A stretch of 64,000 bases of DNA. Origin: Amoebidium appalachense (taxonomy: Eukaryota; Protista; Ichthyosporea). Positions 35,941 to 64,000 of the stretch are shown piece after piece; the first letter of the stretch is position 1, and every line of letters starts with the position of its first letter. Position numbers and translations under genes: made by a program. The notes beneath the pieces were generated by a model. It ran no database searches. It had not been told where the DNA came from and saw nothing but the letters and a program-made list of their open reading frames with translations. The stretch lies in NCBI GenBank assembly GCA_963693365.1, contig CAVNZM010000007.1, positions 9,483,962 to 9,547,961 of the forward strand, written 5' to 3'.

Positions 35941-36636
35941 TTAATAGCGGGAAACAATATTATCCCCATTGCATTTGGGGGGAACGGGGGGGGGGGGGGG
36001 TCACAACGAATTCTTAATCGACTGTGCATAATTAATGTATATTGCACATGTAGCCTGAAGATTAAAGTGAATGTGTGTATGTATATGTGCGAGTATATTT
36101 GTGTATGCAATACATGTACAAGTATTAGGGATTGGTTCTTTGCGAGTTCAAAGAGTATATGAATTGAAAATAATGTTGTTGTTTTTTTTTGGGGGGGGGG
36201 GGGGTTTTAAAATAGTTCCGTGTAACACCATGAAAGTTCCATATTTAGGGGGGGGGGGGGGGGGCACAATATTGGGTTCCATTGTGATTTGGATCAGATA
36301 GTTTATTGGTTTTTACGATGTCAATGTTGAGACGGGGTCGTAATCACTAAGCCCATGATGCATACTGATAGTCAACAGGTTGAAATATGTCAATGTATCG
36401 TTATTTAACATGCTTAACTTGTGTTTCCCGTACATGCAAGCTGAGCCAAGTGTATACGTAAACCAAAAATACCCTATCATGATGAGATTTGGATAAAATT
36501 GAGAAGAAAAAACCAAGTGGGGTATCACCTATTTTTTCTTTCCACTTGCCACTACTAGAGAGAGAGAGAAGGAAGAGGGAGAGAGAGAGACAGATTAGAG
36601 AAAGAGGGAAAGAGAAAGAGAGAGAGAGAAAGAGAA

Positions 36637-36699
<63 letters not shown>

Positions 36700-36908
36700 T
36701 GTGAGTGAGTGTGCGTGTATGTGTGCTGTGAGCGCGCGAGCATTTATGTGTGTGTGCCGTTGTGTGTGTGCGCGACGTCCATGCGTGCACACGTGCATGG
36801 TTTGCAAATGGGTTGTGACTCAACCGCCATATATATGATGTATGCGCACGTGTGCATATGTGTGCGTTCCTGCATGCGCATGTGGGGGAAGCCCGCACGC
36901 ACATGCGC

Positions 36909-37970
<1,062 letters not shown>

Positions 37971-38372
37971 TTGAGTGTGAGCATGAGCTGTGGGTGTGAG
38001 TGTGAGTGTGGGTGTGGGTGTGTGCATTCGTGCTTGTGTCCACGTACACGTGTGATTTCAAAGAAGTCGAAAGAGCCAGTGACACCCATGTTGAAAGAAA
38101 GACAAGCAAGCACGCTAAGAAGGACAGCAAGAAGTAACAGAAACCCTTTCATGCCGAAAAAATGGTCAAGAACAAAGAAGTGGAGGACACGTAACTATAG
38201 TCTGATAGTTGTGACCAAGGGCACTAAGGGCACCGCTAAGGGCACCAAGCTGATGCACGCGCGCGCGCGAGCCGAAATCTATTTTTATCTTTTCCCTAAT
38301 CAAGCGCGGCGGTTATTAAACCGGTCTATAAATAAGTGTCACGGTGTGTGTGTGTGTGTGTGTGTGTGTTTA

Positions 38373-38420
<48 letters not shown>

Positions 38421-38501
38421 TGTGTACACGTGTGTGTGTCACGGTGTATGTGTGGCTGTGTGTGTGTACATGTGTGTGCCACCCTGCGTACGTGGTCACC
38501 C

Positions 38502-38553
<52 letters not shown>

Positions 38554-38554
38554 G

Positions 38555-38609
<55 letters not shown>

Positions 38610-38627
38610 GTGTGTGTGCGTGTGTGT

Positions 38628-39343
38628 TGTAAATTTGGTTGTGTATCATAGCGGCAGCGCAGAGTGCTTTTACAGTATGGGATCTGTCAATCTTGAGATG
38701 GGATCTTATCCTCGGCACTCATCGATTCGAGTCCAGGCATGTTCCCAACTGATTGGATCTGGCTGATACTGCCGCCTTTTATAGGGGACAGTTCGCCGTG
38801 CGATTGTGGGACAACGCCGCTGCTTCCCGACCAACCATTTTGATTGGTCAGTAAGCGCGACTAACTACAGGGCGCGACTCCCGTAGTCTGTCCGACAATA
38901 TACACAACCATGTTTACATCTCCCCTCCCGTTGGGGAGTCGCGCGCTACACCCCACCGGCAAGGTCGTAGCAGCCCGCGAACGGCTCCACCCAAGGTTGT
39001 ACAGGCGTGGCCATCCGACCAACAACCCCCTTGGGTCCTGCCGCGGTCGCCAATGTAAATTTGGTTGTGTATCATAGCGGCAGCGCAGAGTGCTTTTACA
39101 GTATGGGATCTGATCAATCTTGAGATGGGATCTTATCCTCGGCACTCATCGATTCGAGGCCAGGCATGTTCCCAACTGATTGGATCTGGCTGATACTGCC
39201 GCCTTTTATAGGGGACAGTTCGCCGTGCGATTGTGGGACAACGCCGCTGCTTCCCGACCAACCATTTTGATTGGTCAGTAAGCGCGACTAACTACAGGGC
39301 GCGACTCCCGTAGTCTGTCCGACAATATACACAACCATGTTTA

Positions 39344-39345
<2 letters not shown>
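38628..39345 (-). mobile_element. TRIM (terminal-repeat retrotransposon in miniature)
   Basis: Two ~291 bp LTRs (38628-38918, 39054-39345) with TG...CA ends and terminal inverted repeats. They differ by 1 substitution and 1 indel. The 135 bp internal region has a PBS TGGCGACCGCGGCAGGA after the 5' LTR and a PPT GGGAGGGGAGA before the 3' LTR (minus strand). CCAAT and TATAAAA are in the LTR. The flanks give a 4 bp gtgt TSD. Confidence 0.92.
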
Positions 39346-39379
<34 letters not shown>

Positions 39380-40158
39380 CACAGATAGTACTTAGTCTAC
39401 CGTTACGGTAGTTACTTAATAGTGACTGTGTGTCACGGTGTCACAATATTTGCGTGTGAGTGAGTGTGTGTGTTGGTGTGTGCCGGTGTGTGTGTGTGTG
39501 CGTCACGTGCACGGTCGCTCGCTCGTTAATTCGGTGTCACAGCGTAGTTTGTTCCTGTGTGTGTGTGTCCGACTCTCTCTCTGTGTGTGTGCATGTTGAC
39601 TGTGCGTGTGTGTGCGTGTGCGTGTGTGTGTATGTGTGTGTGAGTGTGTGTGTTTGTGACACAGTGCACTGTGCTACGGGCCGGGCGTGACACTTATGTA
39701 CATGTGTACTGATCATCATAAACACCAGTGTGTCTAGATCTGTGCGTGTGCGTGTGGTGACGAGTGCAGTGTGTGACAGTGTGTGTGTTATACAGCTGTA
39801 TGTGTATGTCTGCACTGTGTTTGCCAATGGGGTGCCACGTGTGACGTTTCTGTTTATGCCCCTTGCAATTAATAGTAGTGTCACGGTGTGGCACTGTGAT
39901 GTGCGTGTGCCACTAATGCTGCCGACCGGATGACAGCGTGACTCCGTGTGTGTGTGACCAAGTTACTTACAGTACTGCGGCGTGACTGTGTGTGTGTGTG
40001 TGTGCGTGCGTGCATGTGTGTGTAGTGTGTGCGTGTCACAGTTTGGGTGCCACGCATTGAACACTGTGTGCCGCAGTGCGTGTGTGCGTGTGCACATGTG
40101 TGCGTGTGCCGCCGTGTCGACCGTGTTGTGGTGTGGCACCGTACACGTCACGTATGAC

Positions 40159-40265
<107 letters not shown>

Positions 40266-40903
40266 TCGTGCGTGTGTGTCAGTCGGTCTCCTGCATGATA
40301 TTGTACAATTAACATAATTACTCATTGTTACTTGCCTCTTGGAACCTCGAAGTTCAACTAGTTGAACACGGAAGGTAGAGTTGGAGGGGGAAGGGTGGGG
40401 GGGGGGGGGGGGAAGGGAGGGGTCGGCGACGTATACCACGGTGTTACAGTATGTGGACCACTGATGCATGCCAGCATATACCGCGGTGTTGAAATTGCAT
40501 GCGAAAGTCACTGTCGACGTCTGACTCAGTGTGGGGGGTTGCCACGGCCGGAGAGCATGCGCGTGTCACAGTGTCTATGTGAGTGTTGAAGTGTTTGTGT
40601 GTGTGCCGGGTTTAGTATGTGACTATGAATCTGGGATGAAATTGATGATTGCCAAAATTATTAAGTTGGATATGATGTACATATGAAAATGCGGCTAGCG
40701 GGTATATGTACATAGCCTACGGTACAAGTTTTTTTTTTCCTTTCCTTTTTTTATCTTTTCTGACTCTCTCTCTTTCTCATTTCCTCTCATTTCTTCCTTT
40801 CTCGTGTTTCTTTCCTGCTTTCTTTTTTCTCTTTCCGTTTCTTTTTCTTATTCCCCGGGGAAAGGGAGGGAGGGGGTTGGAGGGGGGGGGAGGGGGGGGG
40901 GGG

Positions 40904-40942
<39 letters not shown>

Positions 40943-42048
40943 AGGGGGAGGCCAGCGCTTGAACCTAAAAATTTCAGCATTCGACTCTCAGAGTGGCCCC
41001 TGAGTCCTGAGGCTGAGACTCGCGCATTCATACAATACTTTATTGATGATCCGAGTCTAATACACCATATTTAAGTTGATAAGTGCGTGTATTGATATTA
41101 AGTCGACGTCATTAATACATTTGCGTAATAAAACACATACTATTAGTCTATATCATTGCTGCACACGACGGTGACCGTCCCGCACGAAAGTAGATGCCAC
41201 TACTAGAATTCCCCTTGTATGATAATATGTTAAGTACACAAGCACGTACCATATATGGTAATTTACCAAATATGGTAATCCGTCAACTACATAATGAGAA
41301 TTCTCGCAGTTAATCACGTATCATACATTGCCATGCTCTTATCACAATGGAGGACCTGACCCGAGGTGTATGAATAAGCGAGGCCGGCCACTGAAGCAGG
41401 GCTGCAGCGAACATTTATCAGATGTTCACTTACGTCGCACTTTTAGATAGAAACAAATGCACATAAGTGTCTCAGTGGACGTATTTATTTGTGACATCTA
41501 GGGTTTCATTACTAAAATTTAAAGCTGGCTAGTGAGTGCCGGCACGGATTATAGTGGCCTAGCTGGTGTCCAGCCCTGTGAGGTTGTGTGTATAAAATGT
41601 AGAGGACAGCTGGCAAGACGGACACAAGGGTTGAAAACAGTGCGTACAGTCTACATACATTCGCTGCACTGCCAGAGCATTCCTCATATGCCATTCATCA
41701 TATATCATATATCATCTGATTATTCAGCGAGATTCATTTGGTCCTGTACGTAATTATAACTCACTTTAAGGGGGGCCACCGCTACTGCCTACATTAACCT
41801 AGTAGATTGCTGATCAACATATTTACTAAATCTAGACAAATCAGCAGCCTAATCATATTACCATAAAGTTAGTCATGATAAGCTTGTTCATTCATGCCGC
41901 AGTTCATTCGCATACAGTAATCTTCAAATTATCTATCCATTCTGCATAGTTTTTTTTTATTAAAAATAAATAAAGGGGGAAAAAAAAATCCAATTGGCCA
42001 AGACTCAGTCGACTTCATTTGTCCACATTTCCCCTACGACTCACCCAC

Positions 42049-59735
<17,687 letters not shown>

Positions 59736-60370
59736 ACTATCCCCCCCCTGATGCTTCACTGCTAGATCTACCGTGAACGCATGTGCAGAATACCTGAGGA
59801 GTGCTAAATAGTAACCTTTACGTGATTTAGTCCAGATTCACCAGCTGTGACCAAATTTATCAACTTTGCCTTTCTTAGCCCCAGGATGTGTCACGCTTTC
59901 TCTTCTCACTTGCCATCAAACGAATCTTCGTTTTTTTGCATGCGGAAGGCCAGCCTGCCGTGTTCCTGCCTGTGACTCTACCCCGGAGAGAGAATGTCCG
60001 TCAAGTCCAAGGCGGGCCTAGACAAAGTTTCATCTAGGAGACTCAAGCGCAGACAACGAACCAATCGGTGAGCGGCCTTAGAGCTAAATAAGGCTAATCT
60101 TCCTATACTCTATTGCTTCTATTCGTTCTCCTAGATAGATCTGTTTTCAAGTCGGCGGCCGCCGGCCATTAGTGCAGCGTATCTTTGCAGTGCACGCACA
60201 GTAGATTTCGTGCCTGTACGTACTGTTTGAACGTAAGATAGGTACTTGGAACTTCAATATTGCTATGACATATCATGTATGTGCGTCTTAATATTTACGA
60301 TACGTGGGATGAAAAATATGGAAGGGTGTTCTTTTTTTAACTTTCTTTTTTTTTTTTTTTTTTTTTTTGT

Positions 60371-60405
<35 letters not shown>

Positions 60406-60425
60406 GGCGTCGGTGGCCATATTGT

Positions 60426-60458
<33 letters not shown>

Positions 60459-61413
60459 GGGGGGGGGGGGGGAGGGGGGGGGGGGGGGGGGGGGGGGGAA
60501 GCGGCCCCGCCAGAGCCGGGCCCGAAAGGAGGGAGGAGGGCAGCCTTGATATATTTATCGCTAACTTATGGCCTTAGTTGATTTCAGATCTTTCAAGGGA
60601 GTAGAGGTATGTTTGAGTCGGACTACTTGTAACTGATGGGTGCCAATGTTTCTGTTTATTGCTTCAATGTCTTCCAAGTGAATGACATATAATTGCCCTA
60701 TCTGCTTGACTGCCTGGTGTGAGAACAGTCGTGTTACATATCGCATCATTGCGAGTTACAAAACTAATACAAAGTTTCTGAAATTATATTCTTACACATG
60801 CATTTCCCATGTTCGAGGTTTCAGCTACCTTCGTGCATGTCAGAGCATCCACATCTACATAGTGTTACAGTACTAAAGACCGCCTCTTGCTATGGTAGCA
60901 ATCATTATCGATAACTAGCCTAATCAACAGGTGCATTGGGTTTCATTTAGGACGTTATTACTCCTCAACTATCTGCATGCTGACTACTCTAATTAGCTAT
61001 GAGAGTGTCAATCCACAGCAGCATAATCATCAGCGTTAATGTAGTATAATATACATACACATGGGACATTCAACATTTGTGGTCACCCTCGACAGCAAGA
61101 CACAACAGAGAGATACGAGTGTCATCCTGCTAGTGTAACCCCTCAACCCCCCCTCCCCCCCCCCCCCCCCCAAAAAAAAAAAAAAAAAAAAAAAAAACAT
61201 GAAAAAACGGCTTAAAAAGTAATTCGAAAAAAAAAATAATCCAGGTTAGGGGACATTCATTTCAAACAGAAATTTTCCTGCAACAGCCCGGCGTTTGCTT
61301 TGTTCTTGATTACAGAAGGCAAGTGCAGTGCAGTGCAGAGAAGTGCGCAACTGAGTATGGACACGTGAGGTGTCACAGTGGATGGGTTTAGATGTCTAAG
61401 AGATGTAGTAGGC

Positions 61414-61498
<85 letters not shown>

Positions 61499-61575
61499 CC
61501 CAGACATTAGAAGGATGCTGTAAGAGTTTTGAGAAAGGGATATATCAGACTCACGCTCTTGGCCATGGAGAATCA

Positions 61576-62208
61576 TCAATCCATCATACGGGGGTCTGAC
61601 TCACTGGACGAAGCATTCATCGGTGGGTCCCCAACAGGCGTGCCTCTTGGTGGGCGGAAGATAAAGACCAAGTCACTTGGCCTTAGGCGGGTGTCCGGGG
61701 TTGGGTTTGTGTAGACGTATGTGCCATGGTTGGTGCTACGGTATAGGCCCAAGGGCACACAGTGCTCACGGAGAAGAAAATATGCAGCTGCTGCTTCAAA
61801 TGTTTTGCCTGCAAGGTCTCGAGGTAGTGGGATTTGGCTGTCGATAGGTTGTGTTGGTGCGTGGTTGGGAGAAGGTGATATGTTAGAATGGTCAATTCAA
61901 AAGGAACATGTGTTCAGAGTCTTTAAAGGTTGTCGATTCATTTGCATGTTCTTGTTGAAGTATGGATGTGACCGCATGTGGATGCTTTTTTGTGTGAGCT
62001 TCACGAAATGGTATTTGGGGTGTGTGGTCTGCCACTTCCTTCTAAGCAGGAAAAAAAAATAATAATAAAAAAATAAAATTTGTGCCATGCAGGGTGGAAC
62101 TATCTTTTGTATGAGTAGGCTTTCCCCTGCTAAAGACGGTTGTTCTTTTACGTAGAGGAACCGCACAGGTGGGCGGGCGGGCGGGTGGGCGGGTGGGCAG
62201 GCGGGCGT

Positions 62209-62239
<31 letters not shown>

Positions 62240-63362
62240 AGGGGGGGGCACAACCACACATGTGCCTCAAAATTCTTCATTTCATAGCGTTGGTGTAAGG
62301 TTCGATCGAGCCGGAAGGGTGGGATGGGCCGGGTTGGTGGGTGGGTGGGTTGGTGGGTGGGTGGCTGGTGGTGGTGGTGGTGGTGGTGGTGGTGGTGGTG
62401 GTGGTGGTGGGGTGTGTGTGTGTTTGTGTGGGTGCGTGGTTGGGTGGGGGGAGGTGGAGGGAGGGGGGGGGGGGGGGGGGAGGAGGGGGCTACACACTCC
62501 AAGTAGCTGCCGTTTGATGTGCCGCTTAGACAGGAGACAAAAACATCGTAGACCATGGGCACAAGTGGTGCCTGGGGGAGCCGTCAGACATGGAGCAAGG
62601 TGTGGCATGGAGCAACGGCATGCAGTGATATTTAAGATATTTGAGAATTAGGCACAGGAATGTGATGATAGATGGGTAGTAGGCACAGGCATGCAATCAG
62701 ATACATGGGCAAGCGGCACATGCATGTGGCGAAACATGGGAAAGGGTGCAGCACGACCATGGCACCAGAGACAGAATGACTGTATCAAGTGTATTCTGCC
62801 TTTGGAATGCCCACTCTCTCACATCTGGCCGTATGACTACCAAAGCATACACAGGCACATGTGGTGTGTTTCACGCTAAAACAACGGATAAGAATCTCAC
62901 AACCATTATTACGTAAGCGTAAATATTCATTGAACTAGTTCCTTGTTCTATTCAAGATATCCATCTAACCATCTGCAAACCCTGATAATATAAATTGTGA
63001 ATAAGACACAGGGCACATCTGTGAGTATGCATGAGCGTATGTGTATGTGCCTTGTGTGCGCCTGCGTATGTCTAGTGTTGATATATTGAATGTATACATG
63101 CATGCATACCTATTGCATGGTTTTGCACTTGGGAGTTTGTAGTGTTGTGCATCCGCTTGGCCTCTTTGTGCATTCGTGTTTGTGTTGTGTCTGGATTTGT
63201 ATGCGGGTCGGTGTGTGCATGTACGTATGAATGTGCACGTGCCAGCCCCAAGGGGCATACCTGAAACACAAACATGCTGCTGATGGAAGGGAAGAGCAAA
63301 AGTCCGGCCGCATATGCCGGTTGCAGATACAGATTGTCCCCTGTACACTCCATGTTGCGAGT
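61576..63362 (-). CDS. 3' exons of a Slo/BK-family potassium channel (RCK2 region); partial, gene probably continues beyond the window
   Basis: Exon 63362-63261 reads NLYLQPAYAAGLLLFPSISSMFVFQ (cf. Slo1 LYLTQPFACG). Last exon ~61808-61576 reads GKTFEAAAAYFLLREHCVPLGLYR..YVYTNPTPDTRLRPSDLVFIF (cf. GIYR..YVITNPP....L.PTDLIF). Intermediate exons lie near 62500-62570 and 62085-62165. Confidence 0.8.
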
Positions 63363-64000
63363 CTGAAAAGGACAACCCGTTTAGTATTGGCATGTGAGCC
63401 TTAGCAAAAAGCTCTTTTGTATTTTATAGTGATGGTTTTTAGCATTAAATTTCTTTTTTTTTATATCCCCTTGTCAGTCCTGCCACTGCTCCAATTCATA
63501 ATAGAGTTGATGAGACAACAGGATCTAGTCGGTGAGACAGTGATTGGATTGACGCTACACTCCCCCCCCCCCCCCCCCCCCAAAAAAAAAAAAAAAAAAA
63601 AAAAACCAAAAAAAAAAAACACAACAGCGGCATGCAAAAAACCCCATTTTGAACAGCTATTCTACAGTCAGCGACATGAAGCCTCTGCCAATCACAGAGC
63701 CTAATTCTAATTCGGCCCTCCGTACGTGATCTTCATCCAATCAAACAGGATTGGATCTATGGAATTCGACGTTCATTGGCTGTGGAAAAAAGCAGACTTA
63801 GAGGTTGGCGGCCTAAGCAATGGGATGTTGCATTGTGAGGGGGCAAAAAAAGGTGGCGCGGGCGAAAACCGTGGCAAAGGGTGATTGAAAGAGTACTTGT
63901 TTGGCAGCCCTAAAGGCCAGAACTGGCTACCAAAAAGCTTGTGTGCTTAGTTATGTTATCATTTTTCGATGCCAAGAACAAAAATTATCGCCAATAGTGA

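Noticed and set aside
38050-38200. Purine-rich coding-looking stretch downstream of the THAP ORF
   Set aside because: No motif and no clear splice sites linking it to the THAP exon.
38715-38750. B-box-like GATTCGAGTCC within the TRIM LTR (Cassandra-like Pol III cargo?)
   Set aside because: No T-stem pairing or convincing A box, and the motif is mutated in the second LTR.
41247-41278. Two adjacent CArG boxes (ccatatatgg, ccaaatatgg)
   Set aside because: No nearby gene start; likely a local micro-duplication.

Overview
Eukaryotic, very intron-rich genomic DNA. The introns are packed with (GT/CA)n, poly-G/poly-C and C(n)A(n) tracts, so most ORFs in the supplied track are microsatellite artefacts. 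Manual exon reconstruction gives, in order: a 3-exon flavin amine oxidase (-), head-to-head with a ~38-exon cohesin SMC3 gene (+); an intronless Phactr/Bni4-type PP1-binding protein (-); and a repeat-rich interval (~33-42 kb) holding a tRNA-derived element, a THAP-finger ORF and a young TRIM retroelement inserted in a (GT)n tract. After that come a 24-exon gene (-, 59735->42049) and the 3' end of a Slo/BK-family K+ channel (-). The 24-exon gene is the main finding: by hand it splices in frame into an SPX - C3HC4 RING - single TM - family II (DHH/DHHA2, PpaC-type) pyrophosphatase protein of ~672 aa, a candidate phosphate-sensing ubiquitin-ligase/pyrophosphatase system. All gene models come from manual reading and need RNA-seq confirmation. 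The organism cannot be identified from this window.
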